Assembly: GCF_001194135.2 (NCBI RefSeq)
Contig: NC_068983.1
Coordinates: forward strand, 90,411,868 to 90,461,423
DNA: 49,556 nt
Direction of reading: 5' to 3'
DNA from: Octopus bimaculoides
Lineage: Eukaryota
Shown piece after piece: positions 1-10,975 of this stretch. Each line of letters begins with the position of its first letter. Positions within the stretch are counted from its first letter, which is position 1. The notes below the pieces were generated by a model. It searched no databases and was not told the origin of the DNA. It worked only from the letters and a program-made list of their open reading frames with translations. A program made the position numbers and the translations under genes.

Positions 1-887
1 CTAGTTTCCTCATTGACCACCAGATAAGGGATCGGGGGACCCTGTCAAAGGCTTTCTCCATGTCAACGAAAGCCAGGTACAGAGGTTTATCTTTGGCTAG
101 GTATTTCTCCCACAGCTGTCTTACCAGAAATATAGCATCAGTGGTGCTTTTCCCTGGCACGAACCCAAACTGCATCTCATCTAAACTGACTATTCCCCTA
201 ATTAGTTGGGCTATGACCCTCTCCGTGACTTTCATTACCTGATCTAACAGCTTGATACCGCTGTAATTATTTGTATCTAAAGCGTCACCTTTACCTTTGT
301 AGCAGTTGACTATGGTGCCGCTACACCAGTCATTGGGTATGACTCCTTCTTGTATCACCTGGTTAACAATACGGGTGACTAGGCTACAGCCAATACTGCC
401 AGATATTTTGAGCATCTCTGCAGTGATTCCTGAAGGGCCAGGGGCTTTCCCTGTCTTCATACTCTTAATAGCTTTATCTACCATGGTACTGTCAACTCGA
501 ATCGCTGGTCCCTCTGTTGGGTCAACATTCGGCAGACTCTCTTTCTCCCATTCATTCCCTTTATTGAGCAACCTTTCGTAGTGGCGTCTCCGTACCTCTT
601 TGTTTGCAGCCTTGTTCAGTGCAAGCGTACCATCATCCATGCGAACACATTTCTCTCCCACAACATCACAATTCTCTCTCACACACTGTCTTGCAACACA
701 AAATACTTCAAGTCTTTGGTTCTCACAGTGCAGAACATTGGCAAATTTTTTCTTATCTGCTTCCCCTCTGGCTAAATAATCCTGTCGCTTAGCTTCCCTC
801 CTGGCAGTCTGATAGAATTTCCTGCTACCACCGTTTTTTCCAGTCCCTCCAAGCCTGTTTCTTTTGTCTAATAGCCCTGTCAACAAC
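1..887 (-). mobile_element. RTE-clade LINE fragment (linker and RT N-terminal half), cut by the window edge and an N-gap
   Basis: Reverse complement aligns to about 1548-2430; minus-strand translation gives YRGIKLLDQV and LYLAFVDMEKAFDRVP RT motifs. Confidence 0.92.
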
Positions 888-1003
888 NNNNNNNNNNNNN
901 NNNNNNNNNNNNNNNNNNNNNNNNNNNNNNNNNNNNNNNNNNNNNNNNNNNNNNNNNNNNNNNNNNNNNNNNNNNNNNNNNNNNNNNATGTATACATATA
1001 CAT

Positions 1004-1066
1004 CTCTCTCTCTCTCTCTTTTTGTCTCTCTCTTTCTGTCTCTCTCTTTCTGTCTTTCTCTCTCTG
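1004..1066. repeat. (CT)n/(CTGT) microsatellite
   Basis: Directly visible. Confidence 0.9.
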
Positions 1067-1109
1067 AAAGTATCTGTCACTACAGTGTCGAAATGTGATT
1101 GTTTCAGTT

Positions 1110-1390
1110 AGTGGAATAGTTTCATTTTTAAAGTGAAAGTATTTGACATGAGTGTTTTTGTTTCACTTTTGACACGTAATACTTAAATAGTGGAGGAGAT
1201 ATTATGTTGCCGTGTGCTCGAACTCTGCAAGAAGTTAATAATTTTTTTTGACTAAAACACAACTGGAACCCTAAGTGAGGCATGTGTAAAATTTGAATGA
1301 AATTGGTTGCATAGTTCTCGAGTTTTAGGGATTCACACAGACAGACAGACAGACACACATTCTCATTTTTATATATATAGATATATAGAT
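1110..1390 (-). mobile_element. Non-autonomous Helitron-like element, 5' part
   Basis: Minus strand begins TCTATATATATAAAAATGAGAATGTGTGTCTG followed by (CTGT)n, resembling the 5' end of the Helitron at 46183; no 3' hairpin-CTAG found. Confidence 0.45.
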
Positions 1391-3590
1391 TACTTGAAGC
1401 TTTTGACGAAATAGAAGTGGATATAGCATCACATGATGTGGAAGACAATTGGTGGTTTCTATGGGACAGCCTACTGAGGGCCACTGAACAGATCTGTGGC
1501 TGGTGCAAAGGCCCCTCTGGACTCAAGGTAATGTGATGGTGGAACAATGTTGTTGACAGGGCTATTAGACAAAGAAAACAGGCTTGGAAAGACTGGAAGA
1601 ATGGTGGTAGCAGGGAATTGTATCAGACTGCTAGAAGGGAAACTAGGACACAGATTTATTTAGCCAGAGGGGAAGCAGATAAAAAAAAATTTGCCAATCT
1701 TCTGCATCGTGAGGACCAACATATATTTCGTGTTGCAAGACAGTGTGTGAGAGAGAATCATGATGTCATAGGAGAGAAATGTGTCAGCATGGATGATGGT
1801 TCACTTGCACTAAACGAGGCTGCAAAGAGAGAAGTTTGGAGACACCACTATGAAAAGTTGCTCAATAAAGAGAATGAATGGGAGAAAGAGAGTTTGCCGA
1901 AGGTCAACCCAACAGAGGGACCAGCTATCTGAATTGACAGTACCATGGTAGATAAAGCAATTAAGAGTATGAAGATATGGAAAGCCTCTGGCCCATCAGG
2001 AATCACCGCAGAGATGCTCAAAATATCTGGCAGTGTCGGTTATAGCCTAGTCACTTGTATAGTTGACCAGATGATACATGAAGTGGTCATACCCTATGAA
2101 TTGTGTAGCAGCACAATAGTCAACTGCTACAAAGGTAAAGATGATGCTTTAGATACAAATAATTACAGAGGTATCAAGTTGTTGGATCAGGCAATGAACG
2201 TCATGGAGAGGGTCATAGCCCAACTAATTGGGGAGAGAGTCAGTTCAGATGAGATGCAGTTTGGGTTCGTTCCAGGGAAAAGCACCACTGATGCTATATT
2301 TCTGGTAAGACAGCTGCAGGAAAAATACCTAGTCAAAGATAAACCTCTGTACCTGGCTTTCGTTGACATGGAGAAAGCCTTTGACAGGGTCCCCCACTCC
2401 CTTATCTAGTGGTCAATGAGGAAACTAGGGATAGATGAATGGTTAGTGAGAGCTGTGCAAGCCATGTACAAGAACGCTGTCAGTAAGGCAAGGGTTGGCA
2501 ACGAGTACAGTGAAGAATTCCAGGTAGAGGTAGGGGTCCACCAAGGTTCAGTCCTCAGCCCCCTCCTATTTATCATAGTCCTCCAGGCNNNNNNNNNNTC
2601 CTCAGCCCCCTCCTATTTATCATAGTCCTCCAGGCAATAACAAAGGAATTCAAGACAGGATGCCCCTGGGAGCTCCTCTATGCTGATGACCTTGCTCTGA
2701 TTGCTGAGTCACTCTCAAAACTAGAGAAGTTTCAGGTGTGGAAGCAAGGATTAGAATTGAAAGGCCGTAGCTAAAACCAAAGTCCTAATAAGTAGGAAGG
2801 TAGACAAACCAGAAATTCTTCAGGTAGATGGCCCTGCTCAATCTGTAGAAAAGGCGTAGGTAGAAACTCTATAAAATGTACCCAGTGTAAGCTATGGACA
2901 CATAAGACGTGCAGCAATATCAAAGAAAGGCTAACTGGGAAGACCGTTTTTGTATGTGGCAGATGCTCAGGAGCACTAAACACTGAAAATGTGCAGAGAA
3001 CAAATTCTGCCACATTGCAGGGAGAAAAACTAAAAGTAGTTGATAGCTTCCATTACCTAGAAGTCTGTAGCAGGGGGTGGGTGCTCTGAAAGTGTAGCTG
3101 CTAGAATAAGAATAGCCTGGGCAAACTTCTGCTGGTGGCAAAGGGCCTCTTGCTCAGAGTAAAGGGTAGACTGTATGATGCATGTGTATGAACAGCCATG
3201 CTACATGGCAGTGAAACATGGGTCATGACTGCTGAGGACATGTGTAAGCTTGCAAGGAATGAAACAGTATGTTCCACTAGATGTGTCATGACAGAGTGTA
3301 AGTGCCTTGAGAGAAAAGTTGGACCTAAGAGGCATCAGATGTGGTATGCAAGAGAGATGACCGTGCTGGTATGGTCATGTGGTGAGAATGGATGAGGATA
3401 GCTGTGTGAAAAAGTGTCACACCCTAGCGGTTGAGGGAACCTGTGGAAGAGGTAGACACAGGAAAACCTGGGATGAGGTGGTGAAGCATGACCATCGAAC
3501 ATTAGGCCTCACCAAGGCAATGACTAATGACCAAGACCTTTAGAAATATACTGTGTTTGAGAAGACCTGGCAAGCCAAGCGAGACCATAA
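1391..3590 (+). mobile_element. RTE-clade LINE, 5'-truncated, with stops and frameshifts
   Basis: ORFs 1618-2625 contain KASGPSGITAEM, YRGIKLLD, QFGFVPGKSTTDAIF, FVDMEKAFD, GVHQGSVLSPLLF; LLYADDL at about 2675; C-terminal MLHGSETW and GRGRxRKTW. Confidence 0.95.
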
Positions 3591-4178
3591 TGCGTGGACT
3601 ATGCCAGTGGTGTAACCAGCCCACTTTTGTGTACCTTTCCTTCATTGGACACTAAACTCTGCTTGCGAAGACCTTTTGTGGCAAGTGAAATCGAAATTGA
3701 AATCAAATTCGATGACAGCGCCGCTTGACTGGCATCCATGCTAGTGGAGCGCTAAGAGCACTGTCCGAGTGTGATCGTTGCCAGGGCTGCTGACTGGCTT
3801 CTGTGCCAGTAGCACATAAAAATCCCCATTTGAGTGTGATCATCACCAGTGCCGCACTACTAGCACATGAAAGACAACATTTGAGTGAGGTCGTTGCCAG
3901 TGCCGCTGGACTGGTTCCTGTGCATGTGGCACATAAAAAACACCATTTGCATGTGGCCGTTGTCAGTACCGCCTGAGTGGCTCTTGTGCTGGTGGCACAT
4001 AAAAGCACCCACTACACTCTCAGAGTGGTTGGTGTTAGGAATGGCATCCAGCAGTAGAAACTCTGCCAGATCAGATTGGAGCCTGGTGCAGCCATCTGGT
4101 TCACGAGTCCTCAGTCAAACTGTCCAACCCATGCCAGTATGAAAGCGGATGTTAAACGATGATGATTATGATGATGAG
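3591..4178 (+). mobile_element. RTE 3' UTR/SINE tail with about four degenerate ~58-bp tandem units and (GAT)n terminus
   Basis: Units like gagtgtgatcgttgccagtgccgctggactggttcctgtgc...cacataaaa; ends ccatgccagtatgaaagcggatgttaaacgatgatgat. Confidence 0.8.
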
Positions 4179-4484
4179 AACTACTTACGTTAGAAACTTA
4201 GTGAATAAAAGAAGTAAAGAAGGTAGATTACTTTACAACATAAGGTTTAATCCTGCAAGTTCAAGAGCAAATAGCTGCTCCTACTGTCAGATGCTAAGTA
4301 TTATGGGAATTGGGTATAACATAAAAGAATAAAATAAAATACTCTGAAAAGTACTCTAAAAATAATAATATTATAAGAGAGGTTGAAGTCAAGGGGAGAT
4401 AATAACTAGAAATGGGGTAATAATCGTAAAGCTAGCTATAAATGGAGTTTTAAAGTGTTGTAGATTTTGAGATTTATGTTACAT

Positions 4485-5838
4485 AAATGTGGCATGACTA
4501 TTCATTTAAAGGTAATGTTGTTTAATAAATACTTAATTCTTAGTATATACGTATACAATACTACTATAAATACTATTAAAACTTCTAGTAACTATATTCA
4601 TCATAAGTGTGTGGAGATGATGTGCATCGGGGGGTGTCATTTCATATATTTTTTATTTTATTATATATAAAGTAATTCCTATGTTGGCATTTTTTCCTCT
4701 CTCTTCATTAGTGTTTAATAATACCTCTCTTGACTGGAGTATTTTCATAAACTCTGTTGTACATAATAAGAATGTTTTGTTACCTATTCTATATGAGTTT
4801 GCTCTACAAATAATATATCAATTAAGGGTGTATTCTATTGTATTAGATTCTAACTCTCATACTTAGAACCATAGAATTTTTCAATTTGGGATTTTTGAAA
4901 GACTGATAATGCTGGGAAATTCTTCTTTTAATTTCATTTGCTATGGATTCAATATATTCTTTATTATTAATATTGTTATTATTATTATTAGAGGTTACTC
5001 TACATGTATAAATTACGTTATCTAGATTGCAATTATTATTAAGCCTACATTTGGATTTGTCTTTACATGTGCATTTATTTAAAATACGGTTATGTTTATT
5101 GCTTGTGATAGTTCTGCTGTAGCTATGGTTAATATTAGTTAAATTATTATTATAAAATTTGTTTAATTTGAAATTGTTTATTGAGGATATAATATTACTT
5201 ACATTCCTTGTTGTAGAATAGCCCACTCTGATAATGTTATTGGAGAATATTTTCGAGTACACATTGTTCTTTTTAAAGGATGTTTTTATTATGTTCAAAA
5301 TTTCTTTAGTATTATTAGTTTTAATTTTTGGCCCCATAAGGTATAGTTAGCCATATAATTTCCTTATTATGTTTATTTTTATTGTTATTATTACTATTAC
5401 CACCATTGTAAATATTATTATTATTATTTTTCATTGTTGTCAGTGTATTCTTCGTGAGTATATAAAATTTATGCTTATCATTTTTATTCAAATTATTTTT
5501 AGTATTATTCTTACTATAATTATTAGTGTTATTATTTTTATTTAGATGTATACTATAATTATCTTTATTTATTTCCTTATATTGTTTATTATCATCATTG
5601 CGATTACTTCTATATTAGGTTTGAGAGTTAGGACGATTAATAGTATCATTATTGGGTCCGTAATTATTAAAGAATTTAATTTTATAATTATAGCCTGCTT
5701 CTTTTAATGCACCATTATAGGAAGAGGCATGCTTATTGAAAGTATCAATATCCGAGGATAACATAGAAATTCTTTTACCTATATTGTCTATTAATGCTTT
5801 TTTAACTGAGCTAGGATGGTTACTAAGGACATTGATGT
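4485..5838 (-). mobile_element. Penelope-like element (Naiad/Chlamys type): RT thumb, linker, GIY-YIG endonuclease and 3' UTR
   Basis: Minus strand reads YINVLSNHPSSVKKALIDNIGKRISMLSS...ALKEAGY, IIWLTIPYG, CTCKDKSKCRLNNNC..NVIYTC, KRRISQHYQSF. Confidence 0.88.
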
Positions 5839-5960
5839 ACCATAGCTACAGCAGAACTATAACAAACAATAAACATAACTGTATTTTAAATAAATGTACA
5901 TTGTAGGCTTAATAATAATTGCAATCTAGATAACGTAATTTATAAATGTAGAGTAACCTC

Positions 5961-6002
<42 letters not shown>

Positions 6003-6365
6003 TATTGATAATAAAGAATATATTGGATCCACAGCAAATTAAATTAAAAGAAGAATTTCCCAGCATTATCAGTCTTTCAAAAATTCCAAATTAAAAAATT
6101 CTATAGGTCTAAGTAAATACATACGGGAGTTAAAATCTAATACAATAAAATACACCCTTAATTGGTATATTGTTTGTAGAGCAAACTCATATAAAATAGG
6201 TAACAAAACGTGCTTATTATGTACAATAGAGTTTATGAAAATACTCCAGTCAAGAGAGGTATTATTAAACACTAATGAAGAGAGAGGAAAAAATGCCAAC
6301 ATAGAATTAACTTTATTTACATTATATACATTTGACGGATATTCGTCCTCATCTTGTTTGTTGTT

Positions 6366-6411
6366 AACACAACGTTTCGGCTGATTTACCCTCCAGCCTT
6401 CATCAGGTATC
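6366..6411 (-). ncRNA. Minimal type I hammerhead ribozyme, core intact
   Basis: GAUAC-CUGAUGA-A-GGCUG(10 nt)CAGCC-GAAAC-GUU-GUGUU; stems I and II pair; stem III is the palindrome AACGUU. Confidence 0.8.
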
Positions 6412-6466
6412 TTGGGGAAATTTCGACCCTGGGTTCTCATTCCTAAGGTATTTTTCGATGTGGTTG

Positions 6467-6517
<51 letters not shown>

Positions 6518-6661
6518 TCACTGCCTGGAATCGAACTTGGAATCTTGGATTTAATAGCCCGTGCTCTTAACCACTACTCCATATGCCCACAAATATATGG
6601 TGTAATGATTAAGAGCATGGGCTACTAACCTCAAGATTCCAAATTCGATTCCAGGCAGTGA

Positions 6662-6711
<50 letters not shown>

Positions 6712-6758
6712 TCGAAAAATACCTTAGGAATGAGAACCCAGGTTTGAAATTTCCCCAA

Positions 6759-6804
6759 GACACCTGATGAGGGCTGGAGGGTATATCAGCCGAAGCGTTG
6801 CGTT
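6759..6804 (+). ncRNA. Second copy of the hammerhead with core mutation GAAA>GAAG
   Basis: GACAC-CUGAUGA-G-GGCUG..CAGCC-GAAGC-GUU-GCGUU. Confidence 0.65.
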
Positions 6805-7091
6805 AACAACAAACAAGATGAGAATAAATATCCGTCAAATGTAAATAATGTACATAATTCCTCATCTCTTAAATATAGAACTGTATTATAGGAATAGCTT
6901 CACGTATAATAAAATGAAAAATATATCAAATAACCCCTTACGCATTTCAGCTCCACACACTTATGATGAATATAGTTACTAGAAGTTTTAATAGTATTTA
7001 TAGTAGTATTATATACATATATATACTAAGAATTAAGTATTTATTAAACAATATTACCTTTAAATGAATATTCATGCCACATGATATCTTT

Positions 7092-7454
7092 CGAGTGAGT
7101 TCGTTGCCAGTGCCCCTGGACTGGCTCTTGTGCGGGTGACACATGAAATGTTTCGATAGGGATCGTTTGCCAGTGCCCCCGGACTGGCTCATGTGCGGGC
7201 GACACATGAAATCTTTCGAGCGAGATCGTTGCCAGTGTCCCTGGACTGGCTCTTGTGCGGGTGACACATGAGGTTTTTTTTCAAGCGAGATCGCTGCCGG
7301 TGCCCCTGGACTGGCTCATATGCGGGCGACACATGAAATCTTTCGTGCGAGATCGTTGCCAGTGCCCATGGACTGGCTCTTGTGCGATTGACACATGAGG
7401 TTTTTCGAGCGAGATCGTTGCCGGTGCCCCTGGACTGGCTCTTGTGCGGGTGGC
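7092..7454 (+). repeat. Tandem minisatellite, ~62-bp unit, at least 6 copies, running into an N-gap
   Basis: Unit gagcgagatcgttgccagtgcccctggactggctcttgtgcgggtgacacatgaaatctttc. Confidence 0.93.
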
Positions 7455-8286
7455 NNNNNNNNNNNNNNNNNNNNNNNNNNNNNNNNNNNNNNNNNNNNNN
7501 NNNNNNNNNNNNNNNNNNNNNNNNNNNNNNNNNNNNNNNNNNNNNNNNNNNNNNNNNNNNNNNNNNNNNNNNNNNNNNNNNNNNNNNNNNNNNNNNNNNN
7601 NNNNNNNNNNNNNNNNNNNNNNNNNNNNNNNNNNNNNNNNNNNNNNNNNNNNNNNNNNNNNNNNNNNNNNNNNNNNNNNNNNNNNNNNNNNNNNNNNNNN
7701 NNNNNNNNNNNNNNNNNNNNNNNNNNNNNNNNNNNNNNNNNNNNNNNNNNNNNNNNNNNNNNNNNNNNNNNNNNNNNNNNNNNNNNNNNNNNNNNNNNNN
7801 NNNNNNNNNNNNNNNNNNNNNNNNNNNNNNNNNNNNNNNNNNNNNNNNNNNNNNNNNNNNNNNNNNNNNNNNNNNNNNNNNNNNNNNNNNNNNNNNNNNN
7901 NNNNNNNNNNNNNNNNNNNNNNNNNNNNNNNNNNNNNNNNNNNNNNNNNNNNNNNNNNNNNNNNNNNNNNNNNNNNNNNNNNNNNNNNNNNNNNNNNNNN
8001 NNNNNNNNNNNNNNNNNNNNNNNNNNNNNNNNNNNNNNNNNNNNNNNNNNNNNNNNNNNNNNNNNNNNNNNNNNNNNNNNNNNNNNNNNNNNNNNNNNNN
8101 NNNNNNNNNNNNNNNNNNNNNNNNNNNNNNNNNNNNNNNNNNNNNNNNNNNNNNNNNNNNNNNNNNNNNNNNNNNNNNNNNNNNNNNNNNNNNNNNNNNN
8201 NNNNNNNNNNNNNNNNNNNNNNNNNNNNNNNNNNNNNNNNNNNNNNNNNNNNNNNNNNNNNNNNNNNNNNNNNNNNNNNNNNNNNN

Positions 8287-8430
8287 TTAATACACACCCC
8301 ATGAGTGCAGAGGCATGTGTAGTGATTACTTGTACTACCTTCTTTCCCCACAGATTAATAAGAGGAAAGATATATTTATTTAACTAATTTTATTTTATGT
8401 TACTTTAATTATTTTATATAATGTAATTTT
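8287..8430 (+). mobile_element. PLE pLTR fragment, duplicate of 10834-10975
   Basis: Near-identical ttaatacacacccca.gagtgcaga.gcatgtgtag.gattacttgtactacc...gatatatttatttaactaatttt. Confidence 0.7.
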
Positions 8431-8510
8431 CTCTGCATATACCATACCATGAGGTTATCCAGAAATAGAAGTTGCTTATCTATTGGTAAATATCCCAAAT
8501 TTGTAATAAT

Positions 8511-8511
<1 letters not shown>

Positions 8512-8544
<33 letters not shown>
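8512..8544. repeat. (TG)n microsatellite
   Basis: Directly visible. Confidence 0.9.
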
Positions 8545-8547
<3 letters not shown>

Positions 8548-9074
8548 GTATGTTAATGACAGTTGCTTTTGGTAGGGTCTTATGGAGGAGGCGCCTGAGA
8601 AATCTACTCCACATCCATCCCCGAAAAAAATGTGTAGCAAAAATTGCTGAATGTATATGCATATTCAGACACCTGTAAAAAAAATACACAAGCAAATATT
8701 TATACACAACATACCACCATACACCCCCACACACACACATATCCACTGCAACCCCCACCTTCAAGCCTCTCCTATATTTCACTCCATCATTTTCCACAGT
8801 CACCACACCACCCCCAATGTCCCTCAATGTTATGTTGCAACACATCTTCACTGTTATCTCTCACACTATTGCTCACTTTATTTTACTTTCTGATTCACTA
8901 ACTTCTCTTTACCTTTAATTCACCTTCCTTTCTTTTCCAATTGGGAGTATCCATATATCTACTCTACAGCAAGACACCTATCCCTGTCCCTCCATACCTT
9001 TAATCCCTCTTCAACTGACATAAAACCACCCCTATCAATACTACTTCCCCTCCTAGTTGAAGAATTTTTATCTT

Positions 9075-9285
9075 GCATGTTATTTAGTGATCTTGTTGGT
9101 GATGGTGCTACATAAAAAGTACCCAGTACACACTCTGTAAATAGGTTGGCATTAGGAAGGGTATCCAGCTGTAGAAATCATGCCAAAACAGACAATGAAG
9201 TCTGGTGTAGCTCCCAGTTTTACCAGATCCTGTCAAACCATCCAACTCATGCCAGCATGGAAAACAGATATTAAATGATGATATA
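9075..9285 (+). mobile_element. RTE-tail SINE or 3' fragment
   Basis: tacataaaaagtaccc...ttggcattaggaagggtatccagctgtagaaa...ccagcatggaaaacagatattaaatgatga, homologous to 4000-4178. Confidence 0.75.
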
Positions 9286-9289
9286 TTTA

Positions 9290-9470
9290 TTCATCATCAT
9301 TTAACATCTGTTTTACATTCTTATATGAGTTAGATGGTTTGACAGGGTCTGGTGAACATAGAACTTCAATGTTGGCTTTGGTGCATTTTCTATTGAGAGA
9401 TGCCCTTCCTAATACCAACCACATTTCAGTGTGTACTGTGTGGGAATTTTTGTGTCAACAACAATAGTGA
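9290..9470 (-). mobile_element. RTE-tail SINE or 3' fragment, tail-to-tail with the previous copy
   Basis: Starts tcatcatcatttaacatctg and contains gatgcccttcctaataccaacc, the reverse complement of the same tail. Confidence 0.7.
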
Positions 9471-10789
9471 GGTTGTCAAGTAATTTGCAAAATGAGAACA
9501 GGAAAGGAAAATGGAATAAAATACTCTTGACCAAGTAAGGGAAGTATTTGGGGCAAGGGGAGTAGTTTTATGGTGGGTGTAAAGAGGCTAACTATGATAG
9601 AGGAATAAATACCAATTTCTTACTATCTGTCAGGCATGCAGTGGCGACAGCAGAATGTTATAATTGAGTCTATTGTGTGTTGCTACTGTAGGTTGTGAAT
9701 GAAAGTGTGTGGGGCTGTGGCCGTTTGCATGGTGATCATGTTTTATTGGTTAATTTTCAATCATGATCAACTAGTGAGTGATAGTTTGGCATGCAGCTGT
9801 CTTCAAGAATTTTGTCTTACTCATTTTTGCCTTCTCTTTGTTGTATGGTATGTTGTTTTAGATTTTGCTAATGATTTTCTAAAAATTAATATTACTAATA
9901 TTTTTTTTTAATGAATCTCTTTATAGTACAGCTTCTGCTGTTCAGTATCTCTCCGTATAATAATAAACAAATATGACAATTATTATTGATTTTATCCTAC
10001 ATTTTTTAATATTGTGATGGTCACGTTATTTCAATTGGTTGGCATTTGGGTATCAGTTTATTAGAGGCTCCCACACCATTAGGAGAAATACGGTACATAT
10101 ATAAAATAATACAAGCATTGCCTTAAAAAGTATGAAACTAGAATTGAAAAATGCACATGCTGAAAAGGGTTACAGAATGTCATAATAAACCTTAAAAAGT
10201 ATGAGACTAGCATTGTTGCTCAAAAATATTGGTATCACTATATGTTGTGCGTTTTGTGGCATCTTTTTATCACAAGAAATTTGTTTAGTTCATTGAAATT
10301 AAGTTATATTAAAAATTAATAAAGTTAAATTATTGTATACTCAGTTTTAACAAAACAATTGTGTACAAATACTAATGTCATCTTTACACATTAATTCAAT
10401 CTATGAATGATCATTTTTATAAATTTACAAGTAATCAATCAAAAATGATTTAGTAATAATTTGTTTAATTTGCATCACTATTTCATTAATGTGTATCATA
10501 ATGTGAATTATCTCTGCTTATAATTATTTTGGTTTCATACTTTCACTGTTATATAGATTCAACTTCATCATAAATCCAGTTTTTTTTATTATCATATAGT
10601 GTTAAATATGTTTTTTATATACTTTGGCATGAAGAGTATTATTATGAATTTACTTATTCAAAGTTAAAGATCATATTTTGTACATTTTCAAATTTTTATA
10701 TCAAGAACTCAGTTTAATAATTATCATGAGCCTCTTTTCATTTTAAGATGCCACAGAATGTACAACATATAGTGGTTCCAATAATATAC

Positions 10790-10873
10790 ATAGCCTGAGG
10801 ATGCACTGTTGGATTTATGTATTAAGTATAGCCTTAATACACACCCCACGAGTGCAGAAGCATGTGTAGCGAT
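10790..10873 (+). ncRNA. Degenerate type I hammerhead with long stem II in a PLE pLTR
   Basis: AUAGC-CUGAGGA-UGCACU..(UGUAUUAAG/CUUAAUACA)..AGUGCA-GAAG-CAUGU-GUA-GCGAU. Confidence 0.5.
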
Positions 10874-10975
10874 TACTTGTACTACCTTCTTTCCCCACAG
10901 GTTAATAACAGGAAAGATATATTTATTTAACTAATTTTATTTTATGTTACTTTAATTATTTTATATGATGTAATT

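Larger units (their letters stand above)
6315..6885. mobile_element. Palindromic insertion of two head-to-head units: tRNA-like head, (AAT)n, hammerhead-bearing tail
   Basis: Arms 6315-6588 and 6591-about 6850 are reverse complements; heads have A-box TGGnGTAGTGG and B-box GTTCGATTCC; degenerate ~14-bp TSD (atagaattaacttt / ataggaatagcttc). Confidence 0.85.
5839..7083 (+). mobile_element. Inverted second copy of the same PLE (GIY-YIG and 3' UTR), interrupted at 6315-6885
   Basis: 5839-6314 is the reverse complement of about 4670-5130; 6886-7083 is the reverse complement of about 4485-4680. Confidence 0.88.

Noticed and set aside
2552-2635. 37-bp direct repeat on both sides of a 10-N gap in the RTE RT
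   Set aside because: Identical overlap around a minimal gap is typical of an unmerged contig overlap, not biology
6516-6663. Two tRNA-like sequences as possible tRNA genes
   Set aside because: Acceptor and anticodon stems do not close properly and both continue into (AAT)n and a repeat tail; treated as SINE heads
7092-7454. Regular ~62-bp periodicity suggestive of a CRISPR array
   Set aside because: Whole units are repeated with no unique spacers; eukaryotic context; no cas genes
7281-8387. Long ORFs in the track here and at 14.0, 16.8, 39.4, 41.1 and 47.2-47.4 kb made mostly of X
   Set aside because: Artefacts of N-gaps; only the pol and helicase frames have real support on both sides
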